Below are positions 41,221 to 55,050 of a DNA stretch of 64,000 bases, piece by piece (position 1 is the first letter of the stretch; every line of letters starts with the position of its first letter). The stretch covers positions 40,796,001 to 40,860,000 of the forward strand of contig NC_043008.1 in assembly GCF_006345805.1 (NCBI RefSeq), given 5' to 3'. Origin of the DNA: Octopus sinensis. Its lineage: Eukaryota. The notes under the pieces were generated by a model that saw only the letters and a list, made by a program, of their open reading frames with translations, searched no databases and was not told the origin of the DNA. Both the position numbers and the translations under genes were made by a program.

Positions 41221-42549
41221 CATACATGCATACATTCCTACATATATATATACATACATACATACGTGCATACATGCATATATATATATATATATATACG
41301 CACACCACACACACACACACACACACACATATACATATGTGTGTGACTGTTTATATATGCATAGTATAAAGAAGTGTGTGAGTGATTCCGAGAGAGATAA
41401 ATAAAAAATACCACCTAACTATTCATTACTTTTCGATGATGTATTTTTCTATCAATTTCCCCGCCAATACCTTTACTCTTTAGATTGATCCGTTTTTGCA
41501 ACTTACTGTTATTTCCTGCTATTTTGTTGCTCTTTTTTAGATGATTAGAGCTTTTTTTTCTTTCCTCATTGTGTTACTTTTATTTATCTCTTGCTGACAA
41601 TATACAAGGCAAAGAATTTAATTATATGTTGAACTTAGATAATTAATCAGATTATGTGAATGAAATTAAAAAGAAAATAAAAAAAAACACGAATACAGCA
41701 ATGAAAGCGGATTTCGTGATTTATTTTCTTTTATTTATGTATTTATTTTCATTGTATTATTTAAGGAAATTTTTCAGTGTTTATCTTCTGAAAAAAAAAT
41801 GTGATTGCTGTCTTTTTACTATTACCGAATATCCAGGTTATAATAATAATATAGGAAAAGCAAAACAGCATCGATTATAAACTCCACGACCGATAAATAT
41901 ACTATTTCTTACAGAAACCACATCAAAAGTAATAGTATTCAATAATGATAATAGTGGCAGTAATAATGAAATTTCATTTTAGAAGTCAAAATAGAGCCAA
42001 GTACTCGTGTTAATCTATTAAAATTAATTATTATAAAACGTGATACTAGAAGTAGCAGTGGTGTAACGCTAGGGAAAGTATTAACGTATTCATTATAGTT
42101 TTAATAGTACGACGCAGTGGATGCGTGAACAGAAACTATTAGCTCTTGTCCACCGCTGCAGAGAGTGGATATTATCAACGTAAGCGTGTGGCAAGCAAGT
42201 TATTGGCAATGCTTTTCTTTCTCAGATATGTTATATACATGATGTTCTTAGGCGTACACATTTTTAATGAAGAGTTTTTTTGCGTGTAACGTGACCAGTT
42301 CAGCAACTGATTAATGTGTAAATCAGTCAAAGAAGTCCTACCCATACGCTCCAAACCCAGACGCATCCATACGAATGTAGAATATATACATTAAAGGATA
42401 TTTACAAACATATCCTTCAGCAAAAGTCTGAGAATCAGAAGCTTTTCTGCTAGACGTCTACTCCATCATGATTTATCAGCATTTAAACGGAACAAACAAT
42501 ATTACAGACTTACCGGCTTTTACTAAGGTACAATTATCTATTTATTCAT

Positions 42550-43030
42550 ATATTATATATATATATATATATATATGTATATGTATATATGGGTGTATAT
42601 TATATGTATGCATATGTATGTATATGTATATGCATATGTATATTTGTATATATGTATTTACACGTATATATATATATATATGTATATATGTATATACATA
42701 TATATATACATGAATGTATATATATGTGTATTGTATATACATATATATATATATACATGGATGTATATATATATATATAGATATATATATACATGTATGT
42801 ATATGTATATATGTACATGAATGTATATATATATATATATATGTATATAGTAATATATATATATACATGAATGTGTATTATATATATATATATGTATATG
42901 TATATATGTACATGAATGTATATATATATATATATATATGTATACATGTATATACACATATATATATACACACATGAATGTGTATATATATGTATATGTA
43001 TATACATATATATAAATTAATGTATATATG
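42550..43030. repeat. Degenerate (TA)n tract with recurring CATGAATGT anchor
   Basis: Directly visible. Confidence 0.9.
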
Positions 43031-43671
43031 TAAGCGTGTGTGTGCTTGTGTGTATGTCTATAATGCGCGTGCGTACTTGTGTGTGTGTCTGTGCTTGTGC
43101 GTGCGTGCGCGCGTGTGTGTGTATGTATGTGCGTGTACCTGTGTATATGTAACTTTGCTGTATCCCCGATGGCGTTAAGTGTGTGAAACAAGATGCAGTG
43201 AAGGCGCTACATTGGAAAATCTCTTTACTATATCTGATCGTTCGATATACAATAGAGAGAGAGGGAGAGAGAGAGAGAGAGAGAGAGCCATTCATTGGTC
43301 TTTGATATTCAGTGTAGAAAACTTACATGGCTGAGTCCCGTAGCAGGGAAATCAGAATGTGAATTTTTGTGTGGAATAAAGTTATAAGTATAGCTTATTA
43401 TTTTATCTACGTTATTGGAAACCTCAGTTGGTACGCGTGGTTTCAAAAAGATGTTTTCCGACGTCTTGAAAATGTATTGGGAACATTCTATTGTGAAGTA
43501 CTGCTCTATCGCGCTTTTAGCAAACAACTGCACTAATAACCACGGAAATTCAAAACACTTCATTTCTTTTTGCTCTAGTACAGTTTACTCCCCAAGCCAA
43601 AGATCAATAATCCGTAGTCCCATCCAGGGGTGAAAGAATTGCGCGATTATACACTTTTATTCTTTTAATCA

Positions 43672-44040
43672 TTTACACGCTTCAGTCATTTGACTGCAGT
43701 CATGCTGGATCACCACCTTTAGTCGAAGTCATGGACACCAAGACTCGTTTTAGTAAGCCTAGTACTTACTTTATGGGTCTCTTTTGCCGAACCGTTAAGC
43801 GATGGTCGGGGAAGAAACACTGATACAATGACACGCACATAAATATGCATACATTCATACATATATATATATATATAACGGGTTCCTTGCGGTTTCCAAC
43901 TACCAAATCCACTCATAAGGCTTTGGTCGACCCGAGGCTATAGTAGAAGACACTTGCCCACGTTGCCACGCAGTGGGACTGAACCCGGAAGCATGTGGTT
44001 GTTAAACAAGCTACTTACCACACAGCTACGCTTGCGCCTA
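43672..44040 (-). mobile_element. SINE family A
   Basis: TTCAGTCATTTGACTGCAG...GAGGCTATAGTAGAAGACACTTGCC...CCACACAGCTACGCTTGCGCC. Confidence 0.9.
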
Positions 44041-44256
44041 TAACTATAGGAAATTACTTATTATTATCATGGAAGTAAGATACATTACTCTGTATCGATT
44101 AAAGTGTTTTACTGTATTTTTCCTCATTGACGTGAAAAATATATATGCATCACTGGGACAATCATTACTCACAAACACACACACACACACACATCGGCGT
44201 ATGCACTCATACACACCTGCACACTCACACACACACAAATATACATGCATAATACC

Positions 44257-44307
<51 letters not shown>

Positions 44308-44384
44308 AATAACGATTTAATATCAATATTATAATCCCTTGTGCCATACACAGAAACGATTATTATCAGTATTTTTATTGTTGT

Positions 44385-44580
44385 TGTTCTTAATGGCCGC
44401 GGTGGTGGTGGTAGTGTTGGTGTTGATGGTGGTGGTGGTGGTGTTGTTGTTGTTGGTGGTGGTGACGGTGGTGCTGGTATTGGCGTTGGTGTTGTTGTTA
44501 GTGGTGGTGGTGATGGTGGTGGTGGTGGTGGTGGTGGTGTGGTGGTGGTGGTGGTGGTGGTGGTGATGGTGGTGGCCGTG
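44385..44580. repeat. (GGT/GTT)n trinucleotide repeat
   Basis: Directly visible. Confidence 0.93.
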
Positions 44581-44940
44581 ATATTATTCATCCAAGGACT
44601 GAAGTAGAAGGTATAGCGTCTGCAACAGGTGCAAAATTTATCTGTGAAAAGTTTGTGATCGTTTCGATAGGCATTGTTGATGATCCTCTCCATAGCCATT
44701 TACACGCACCAATGAAACTCGACTTCTTTACACGTTCAATTAGAATAGAAATATTTCTTAAATAATATGAGATACTTTTTGCACAAAGTTAAATAAAATC
44801 AACATTTTCAAATGATTGAAAAGTAAACCAACTTAGGAACTATAATGGAAATACAAAAATACAAAACTTAATGCATTCTCAAAAAGCAGATATCCTCGGG
44901 CAGCCATAAACTGAAATGCGCCTCCACCTCCGCATATATA

Positions 44941-45178
44941 TATATATAAATTAGAAAAAAAAACACTTTTTATCACTTCAAAATGAACAATTAAATTACA
45001 CCATCTGCACATCTAATATACGTTATTATTATTTTTTTTTTTTTGCAATTTACTTAATCATTGACATTTTATTGTAATTTTAATGTTAATATTTCTATTC
45101 TATGTAATTTTCTAGATGGTGTAATTTAATTGTTCATTTTGAATTGATAAAAGGTGGTTTTCTTCTAATTTATATATA
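44941..45178. repeat. TA-flanked inverted repeat (~65-bp arms), MITE-like
   Basis: 44941-45006 is an imperfect reverse complement of 45114-45178. Confidence 0.75.
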
Positions 45179-45199
45179 AATATTATATTGTGTGAAATT

Positions 45200-45265
45200 T
45201 GATTTAGTATTTCTAAATTGAATATTTTCCTTGTAAGTTTTGGATTTTATTCCTTCAAATATTAA

Positions 45266-45342
<77 letters not shown>

Positions 45343-45520
45343 TGTGTGTGTGTGGGTGGGTATAATGATTGACCGGTAGCTTCTAAAGCGTTTTTTTTAT
45401 TTTCTCTTCTTCCTCTCTGTTGAAGAGCGTGGGCCCGAAACGTAAAAGATTTTCTCACCTTCTCAAGCGTTAAACAAATGCACGTGTTTGTTGTTTACAC
45501 ACCTGTCTGCGTCTACTATT
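45200..45520 (+). mobile_element. PLE pseudo-LTR-like repeat with degenerate hammerhead motif (45412-45449)
   Basis: CTGTTGA-A-GAGCGTGGGCCC-GAAACGTA-AAAGA; homologous to 8490-8635. Confidence 0.55.
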
Positions 45521-45892
45521 CCAACTATATGTATATATGTGTGTATGTGTGTGTGTATGTGTGTATATGTGTGTGCGTGTGTGTGAGTTCGTATGTGTGT
45601 GTGTGTCTATATACTATAATGCTTAAATTAAAAAAAATACAATATAGACTTCAAAGCAATACCTTATACCATCCGTCAGAAGGGATTTCACAGCCATTGT
45701 TGTTGTGAGTGAATTGATAGCATTTAATTTCCTTCCAGCTTCTCTTAGTTTTGTATCTTCCGTGAATCCGATAGATATAATTACACACACATGCGATTGA
45801 AAGCTCACTCAGCGCACGTTCATATCATGAAAAATATATAAAACTTGTGTCTTATGTCTGCAATACATATTAAATATACATAGTTCTGTAAC

Positions 45893-45935
<43 letters not shown>

Positions 45936-45975
45936 ATATATATATATATTCGGAGTACGTATGCGTATGTATATG

Positions 45976-46077
<102 letters not shown>

Positions 46078-46975
46078 GTGTACTTTTGCGTATGTATGCC
46101 TGTGGAAGTTTGAATATGTAAATGTGGTAATCTTGAAATTTCCATTTATTTCAATGATTCTCTCATATGTTTCACATGTACAGAAACCATATATTGCTGT
46201 CTTATTCTTCTCGTTGCTCAACTCTTCTAAGGCTTTTTTCTTTTCATTCTCATGAGGAACTTTTGTTGTCTAGAGTATGAATTTTCGCGGTGGTCGTGTC
46301 CCTGGTATATCTAATGAATTTTATTGAATAAGAGAAAATAAAAACTACTAGAATCTTGACATATTGAGTTAATTTCCATGAATATTTGGATTAGGATTTG
46401 ATAATTAATGTGGCATTGTATGTAAAAAAAGAAAGCAGTAGACAGATTTTTTTGTACACATATTATCAATTGTATGGTATACAAAAATATCAGACTGTAA
46501 CAAGCAAGCAGAAAAGAATCATTCAACTGATATCAGTTTTTTAGAGTTAATAGTTATTGTTTTATAGAAATATATTTATCATGAGTATTTTACTAGTGTT
46601 TATCAGAGGTTGGTTTTCTAAATGAATATTTTATTTATATGTATTGACTTTTTTCTCAACGTAAATTCTCGTGTGCTGATTTGATAACTTAGTTGCAGAC
46701 TTTCCGAAAATTATTTATTCTGGATGAATAAATTAGCTTTTGTTTTGCTTTTGCATTTTACAGAAAAGAATTTGAATGCGATAAACTGTAATTGCATATT
46801 GTAAAATAATATAATAATACCTACAGATCTATCATATAAAAACCATATACACATTGCATTTATATGCATATAAATATGTAGATACATGATATATATATAA
46901 AATTAAAAAATAGGATAAAATCTTCATAAGAAATTATAAAGTAGTTAGCGTGAAAAACCTCATAAAAGTTTACAG

Positions 46976-47019
<44 letters not shown>

Positions 47020-47124
47020 AAAATAGGATGGAATTTTATAAGAATTTATCAAGTAGTCAGAGTGAAAAACTTCAGGAGGGAAAAATAATTAATTATTCCC
47101 TTTAAATATATTTATCAATATTAC

Positions 47125-47367
47125 GGGTAATACTATACATAAATGCCTCACGCTACGAGGGAATATTAAAGTTAAAACTACCACGATAAACGCATTTTAC
47201 CGAACGCGAGGGAATGCAACTCTTGAAGGGAACATCGTGAAAATCTGTTTTTAAGATGCTCAGTTTGAGAGTTGCATCTCCCTCGCGTTCGCTGAAATGT
47301 GTTTATTATGGTAGTTTTGACTTTAAGAGTCTCTCGTAGAGTGAGGCATTAATGTATAGTAATGCCC
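47125..47367. repeat. Long imperfect inverted repeat (~100-bp arms, ~40-bp spacer)
   Basis: 47125-47225 is an imperfect reverse complement of 47266-47367. Confidence 0.85.
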
Positions 47368-47389
47368 TTTATAAATATTATATATGTAT

Positions 47390-47430
<41 letters not shown>

Positions 47431-50400
47431 TAGATAGATAGATAGATAGATAGAAATATGTGTGTGAGTGTGTGTATACATGCATATATGTATGTATGCA
47501 TACATGTATATATGTATGTATATATGTCTGTCTGTATGTATGTATGCATGTATGTATGTATGTGTGTATAGTATTTCTGTCATCTGTTTCAGTCATGCGT
47601 GTGCAACCATGCTGACACAGAGAATTTTGAAGAATTGCTTTGTTACATGCCCACAGAAGATATGCGTTCGAATCGTACACGCATCACTGACTACTTCTGT
47701 CGACAACGGCTTTTAGACCCGATATTTACTTACTATTATCTGTATCCTTATAGGTACTAAGAGTATCAATTCGGAAGAGAATTTTGTCGCGAAGTTTTAT
47801 ATATTGATTTATGTGAAAGAAATCACAACAAATTACATACAATTCAATCGATAGAGTGTACATCCATGTTTGTCTAAATGGCAGGAACAGTGGTGTTTCC
47901 GGCGATAGATATCAACAAAATGTTTCATCTGAAATGTGACTATAGAAAATATTGCAAGATATGCGATGGGAGAATATGAAATGGGTGATGTTTCATATGC
48001 CAGGTATTACAATAACTAAACCAATAGAGAGGCAGCAAGAGCTAGTCTTGGGTTCAATTCTCAGTTTTGAAACTGATCCATACCATACAACAAATGATGG
48101 TTTGGTAAACTGTCACAATACTAACACCGTAGAGGCTCAGCCATGCGAAGGGATGACTTTACGCTAATTGTTAGGGTTATGCCACAACAATACGATGGTT
48201 GTTGAGGGAGGTGTGTTCCCATTAAGGTGGGACGTCCATGTACTGTAAAACGGTTAGCTTCAGAGCAAAAAATATTCTTAGCATCACAGAGGCCAATAAA
48301 AAATGAGCCATCGATTCGGTTACGAACACAGCGGACTTTGCTTCAAATTAATGTGGACTAGATGTTGTGTGTCCTGAATAATATAAGGATTGGTGAAGCG
48401 CAGCTACCTGAATATTCTTAGCACTATTCCGGGCTTCCCTGCCCATAATTGGTGAATGCCTCTCACTGTTGAAATACCTGTAATACACGATAATCCTAGG
48501 TAATATCACCTACGCTGCATTCATGTTCATCGTAAATTACATTAAAATACACTCTCTTTCTATATATAAGAGTGCCTGAATCTCTATGTATCTGTGTTTT
48601 GTATAATTTAGACTAAAACTTAAGAACGAGAGCAAATCATAAACAAGTTTGCGTATGCGTGAAAGATTTAAGAATGTGAGAAAAGAAAATAAGAAAGGCA
48701 AATACGAAGCTAAGCTAAAACCAGAAAGGAGACAAAGCAGGACTGTAGTGTACATGAAGTAGATATACTGAAACCTTATATATAAAGAAAGCGAAAATGA
48801 TAAATAAATATAATACATAATACTATTTATTAAAAGAAGCAAATAACCGAAGCCTATTTTTTCTTCGTATGTTATTTTACGTTGACCAAAGTCAGATAAG
48901 ACCTGGAAAATTACCTTTAGGCAATGAAAAATTCTCTAATATGACGTGAAGAAAATATATCTTTTGTATTTGATTTTATTTCTTTGCAATATAACCTAAG
49001 GGGAATCTGTGCCAGTTCTTTATTTTCGGCTTGCGTGTGTAGATTTGGATGCTTGTTTCGCAGGTGTTATATAGAAGCATCTTATATTCGCAAATTGCTT
49101 TACACACCGAGAGCGTACGTCACAATGGATTCCGCATGTATGCAATTCACGCTCAAATCAGAAACGTAATTTTATATTTTAATAAGTATTTCATATTCTA
49201 TTGCACTAAGATATAGGCCGTCACGAATATTGGGATAATATTGCTTTACGTATTTATTCATAATTGTGAGTAAATAAATATTTATGTCCAAAATTTCAAA
49301 ATTTTTAAGGATTTTTTTTGAATTTTGCTTCTAGATTGAAGACAGGAAAAGTGGCATAGTTACTTTATTTCAAGCAATCCATTTTGAAATACATGCACTT
49401 CCCTGTTTAGATAAGAACGTGCTTTTTAATGGGGGAGGTCTCTTTCAACGATTGTTTTACAGAGAGAGATATGAGATTCTGCCAAAGCTAGAAATCAATA
49501 TTATAATTCTACATTTTCTTCAATGTGATATTAATATATACTTTATAATTCTAATAAACACCAAAGAAAATTCTAATAACACAGAAAGCAATAACCTAAA
49601 GATCACAAATTTAATTTTCATGAAAATAAAATTTGATGCAAAACAATTATTAAATTCACCAATGATAAAAAGAAAAAGGAATATTGAAATTTAACCTATT
49701 TTCTGAAGGCCGTAGACTACAACATATTAGCATTAGAAATCTAAAGAAAAATATTATGGAATATATTGAATATATTAAATGTATCCGACCAGCTAGGATA
49801 TGATATATTTTTTAGGGTTTAGTGTGTTGCCATTTTAATTTCTTCCTTACTGCGGATCGATGGGTAGCAAGAAATAAACTCTTATTCAGACAAATCCTCT
49901 GAGCGGTTTTATAGCGATAACATATTTATTCGAAAGTTAAACACCTTACATTCGGATATATATCATAATTTTTAATGGCTATAAGTAATATGTTTACTGT
50001 ATGGTGATCAACAATAAATAATATACAGTAACGATCGGAAACATTGTAAAAATCTTGCATCTGAAAAAGAAAAAACAAATTCCAAGTAGCTCTTATGTCT
50101 ACTGCAAACATTCCGGTTTTTTAATGTAAAATGGTTAATATTTAACACTTCACCTGGAGAGAATATACTTATACATTGTTTAGATAACATTTCTAGATAA
50201 CCCTGTGGTTATATCCTAACACTTGTTTATATCAAGCATCGGGTGTTTAAATTTCTATCCATCTCACCCACAAGATGGCAACAAATAACTTCCAGCGATT
50301 TAGAATTCACGACCCATTAGCTTAATCCCTTATATATAGCTTTAACTCCCATTCCGACTCTAGGAGATATGTTTGTGTGTGTGTGTGTGTATTTATGTGC

Positions 50401-51500
50401 GCGCGCGCGTCTGCGTGTGTGTGTATCAAATTTCACGGTTGATGTAGAAACTGAATCTTGCTAAGTTTCATCGTTGTTAATGGCTGGAAGAATTAATGTT
50501 ATTTTAACAAAAGAAAAAACAATTCGTCTTGCATCTACCCCCAACTGTTCCTTCTTTGGAAGATGACGTATTCTTGCATGGGTTGTGAGGTCACAAGGGG
50601 GTACGATTTATTAGGGGATGCTTGGGATCAAGGTATATTTAGAAATAAGCTATGATAAACAATACTGATATCTAAATACGAGTTCAAAGAAATACATGCA
50701 TACATGCACATAAACATATATATTGTGATATATCTAGCAAGCAAACTCCCAATCTCACTCATTCACTCCCTCACTCTCTCTCCCCGCTGTGTCTCTCTCT
50801 TCCTTCTCCTCTCTCTTGAATTACGTAGGATGGTAAGTCAAAAAACGATACGAAAGTCAGGTTTCTCTAATTTATTACACATACATGCTATTCCTGCAGT
50901 TTATGTAGATAATAAGCGAAAGCAGAAATTGAATAATTACACCTTTTCCCGTCAACATTCCCTTGGTATTCGATGCACTTCTCGTGGTCCATATACTTGC
51001 TTATTCCACCGGATAAGAAAGCGTTCGGCTTGTTGAGCAGTAATTCATGGATCACTTCGTGTGCTTTCTTCTGCGTATAAAATTGACAACCGTGTAAAGG
51101 ATGTGTGAAGGTTCGAAATAGGTATTACTGGGAAGGATCAGGATATGTATTTTAAGTGGTAGCATATATATACACACATACGTGTGTATATATAATATAT
51201 ATTTTTATATACATATAAAGGGATTGCTCCAAACGCTTTAAGGTTTGCTCTCAGGTATTCAAAATAACTTATTCAAAAACAGTTAGTACATAAATCCCAA
51301 AATATCCTTATGAGATAAGAATTTAGAGATATATTCCGTTTGATAATACTGAATACATTACCTTAAACATATGGGAATATGTAAATCTTTACATATAAAA
51401 AGAATTAAAGGTAATGCTATGCAACATCGTAATAGTCCTTACTGTTTATTATTATTATTGATATATATATAAGTATTATATATGTATGCATGGTTGCATG

Positions 51501-51568
<68 letters not shown>

Positions 51569-51629
51569 ATATATTCATATATATATATATATAATATATA
51601 TATATATATATTATATATATATATAATAT

Positions 51630-51690
<61 letters not shown>

Positions 51691-51755
51691 ATATATATAT
51701 CAGTTTGATAAGGAAGTTAAAGGACACTTTTAACATATCATTTTATCAACAATTA

Positions 51756-52698
51756 AAAAAAAACAACAAACAACAATAAATCCAAAATGTAATCCCCCTC
51801 GTCATCGATCACCTTCTGCCATCTTTCAGGCAGGGTTTTGAATCCTTTCATCCAGAAATCGTGTGGGTTTGAATCAATAAATTTGTAAACGAATGATTTC
51901 ACATCCCCTTCGTTTCCGAAATCTGTATCGCCAATCACGCGTTGCAAGGCAGAGAATAAGTTATAGTCAGAAGGGGCAGGGTTAGGAGAATACAGTGTGT
52001 GTACCATAATTTCTCAGCCCGCCTCCTTCACCATTTCAGACGTCTTCTTTACACGATGTCCTGGCCCATTGTCTTGGTGGTAAATTATCTTCTTCAAATG
52101 TGAGCATTTTTCAGCCAGCACGATCTTTAGACAGTCGATTTGTTCGTAGAAGACACCATTGTCAACGGTGTTATTGCGTAGGAGAAGATCCAGCATGATC
52201 ACACATCTGCAATCCCACAAAATTGAGATCATAACTTTCTTTTGCACAAGCGGTCATTTTGGCGAAGGTGTTGGCTGTTGAGCTTTGCTACAGCAGGATC
52301 GAGTGCGCTTCACGTTGATGTACAACACCCACTTTTCCGCCATAGTAATTACTGACTCTAATCAATCAAATCTTCGGCTTCGCAAGAGCAGATTTTGACA
52401 TGCAGTGACACGTGCTTCTTTGTTCGCTTCAGGCAATTCAGGTGGCACCCATTTTCCAAGCTTGCTGACGATGTAGGTGGCTGATGATTGTGACATGGGA
52501 GACGCCAATCTGTACCGCAAGTTGACGTGCAGTTTGCATTGGATGGGCTTTAATGACGTCCAACAATGCATCATCATCAATCTCTTCTGGGCGCCCCCGC
52601 CTCGAGGTTGGTCTTCAGTCAACAATTGTCACAATCAAAACGCGGATACCAATTACATCGAGTACTTTTCAAGACAGTGCAAGGGACAAACGTTTCGC

Positions 52699-52703
<5 letters not shown>
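51756..52703 (-). pseudogene. mariner (DD34D) transposase pseudogene, 5'-truncated
   Basis: Motifs EDQPRGG, LGKWVPPEL, KKVMISILWD, HQDNGPGH, HTLYSPNPAPSDYNLF and LPERWQKVI. 34 residues between the last two Asp. Stops and frameshifts present. Confidence 0.93.
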
Positions 52704-52731
<28 letters not shown>

Positions 52732-52797
52732 TGTGTGTATGTATGTATGTATGTATGTATGTATGTATGTATGTATGTATGTATGTATGTATGTATG
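52702..52797. repeat. (ATGT)n microsatellite
   Basis: Directly visible. Confidence 0.97.
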
Positions 52798-53590
52798 TCT
52801 CTTATGATAGAGGTAAATATCTTTGTTTTTGCAGCAAAGTGCCTGATATTAAATATGCGGCCAGAAGTTCGATAATGGACGTAAACACCGTATCTGCAGT
52901 TTCTGAATGCAATACAGAACACAATCGCGAAATATATGGAAAATAGGGTCGGTGCCAGAATATTCCTCTGTTTCACTCCATTTTGTATTGAAATGGGCTC
53001 CGACATCTTCCCTCTAACATTCACCCTACCATTCATGTCTTCATGAAAAGACCTAACCAAGCAAGGAACTTTTCAGGACGCCCAAGTTTCTGGAGGACTT
53101 TCCACAATGCTTTTCTATTGACGGTATCAAAGGCTTTTGTCAGATCGACAAAAACATGATACAAATCCAGACCCTGTTCCACACACTTTTCCTGAAGCTG
53201 TCTAGCTGAAAAGATCATATCAGCAGTGCCACTTCCCACACGAAAGCCGGATTGACTTTCTGGAAGAACACAATCTGCAATGTATTTCATCAGACGATCC
53301 AGAAGTATCCTGCATAAAAACTTTCCTACAGCAGACAGCAATGATACTCCACTATAATTACCACAATCATTCCTGTTGCCCTTTCCCTTATGCAGGACCA
53401 CCATTACTGCATCTCTCCAGTCTTCAGGTCCAGATTCACTAGTCCATACCTTACCAAACAAAGAGTGAAGTTTCTGCAGAATTTTCTCACCACCAAGCTG
53501 TAACAACTCCGCATGTATGCCATCCATACCAGGAGACTTCCCATTATTCAACCTTGAGACAGCCATTGCAACTTCTTCCAGAAATACAAA
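52798..53590 (-). pseudogene. RTE-clade LINE reverse transcriptase fragment
   Basis: NGKSPGMDGIHAELL, KGKGNRNDCGNYSGVSLLS, LPESQSGFR, FVDLTKAFDTVNR and NGVKQRNILAPTLFSIYF. Frameshift at ~53040; truncated just before the FADD catalytic motif. Confidence 0.95.
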
Positions 53591-54479
53591 GAGCGAAACA
53601 GAAAACAAAAACTAAAATAGACATAGCATTGTATTTCCGTATATTAATCTACAGATTTTTTCGTCTTCTCTTTGCTGAACGAAGCTCAACATGGTATTAT
53701 GTCCGATTGTTTGTACAGCTCCCCATACTTTGAGCAGTAGAAACAAATGTATATCCAAATAACCATAATCATATGCTGTAGAAATTGCAGAATAAAAGGA
53801 AATAATGTTGAGGTTGAGCAAGTTTCTACGTTGCTCCTTCTGCAGCACCACATCCAATCCATTAGCCACCTATGAATACATCGCGTATCTAGTCACCAGG
53901 TTTAGCGTTGCAACACTATTAGATTGACCAAGTTACATATTAGACTCTTTCTTGGCATCTGGTATGTACATATTAATTACGTATAAGGACACCGTGTATC
54001 GTTGTGCAATCATAATATACTCCAAATATATTAAAGGTTTATAACTAAAAGTCCTGTCCTTATATCTGTGAGCAGTGCGTTTCTTTCTTGCGTATTGTTT
54101 CTATGTTCGTTCACACTACTTACGTGGACTATTCGCATATAAAAGTAAAATTTCAGGGCTGGCTCAAATTCCTACAAAACATCTATAGAGATAGACTTTA
54201 TATATATACACACACACATATATATATATAGTGATAGTATGACAACATAAGAATGAATGAGAACTCGATATTATGTAAATAAAGGAATTTATCTGTAATA
54301 TAGCACTTTTGATTGTCTTGATAACTGACGAGATGCCGGAGTACATTTCCGCCACGTCGTCCGAAATTCGGAGTTTTATAACGGTGACGGAACAATTGCC
54401 ATGTATATATATGTGTTTGTGTGTGTGTGTCTGTGTGTGTGTGTGTGCCAACACTAGTGTCCTAACTTAAGTTTTTGAA

Positions 54480-55050
54480 AGTCCAACGATTTCGTACGTG
54501 CTGATCGAGGAAGTTTCTTAAACATTTGTCATAATGAGGTGGGGCTCCATCTTCCAAAAAGACTTTGGAATGACGGTATCGAAAATACGGCTAGCTGATC
54601 ATTGCACACGACGCCAGCTAACGATCACCAGTCATCGTCTCTCGTTGAATGTGTAATGTACAAATTCCTGAAGATGATATCGCCGCCCAAATGACAAGAG
54701 AAGGTGAATCGACATGCTTTTCCTCAACTACATCTGGGTCATCTTCCGAATAATAGAAGCAGTTATGTCGATTGATGCGACTGGAAACTTGGAAGGTTGC
54801 TTCATCAGAGACAATGAATCGTCTCTCGTTGAATGTGTAATGTACAAATTCCTGAAGATGATATCGCCGCCCAAATGACAAGAGAAGGTGAATCGACATG
54901 CTTTTCCTCAACTACATCTGGGTCATCTTCCGAATAATAGAAGCAGTTATGTCGATTGATGCGACTGGAAACTTGGAAGGTTGCTTCATCAGAGACAATG
55001 AATCGATCAAAACATCTGGAATCTCTGGCTTCTGCCAGCATTCTCTCACA
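54480..55050 (-). pseudogene. Tc1/mariner-superfamily transposase fragment with internal 184-bp duplication
   Basis: IVSDEATFQVSSRINRHNCFYYSEDDP...VIWAAISSSGI and VFLEDGAPPHY...RNFLD..RNRW. Confidence 0.8.

Noticed and set aside
43327-43563. Minus-strand open frame ending at an in-frame GTAAGT donor
   Set aside because: Peptide not recognisable, no clear acceptor, and GTAAGT is common by chance in AT-rich DNA.
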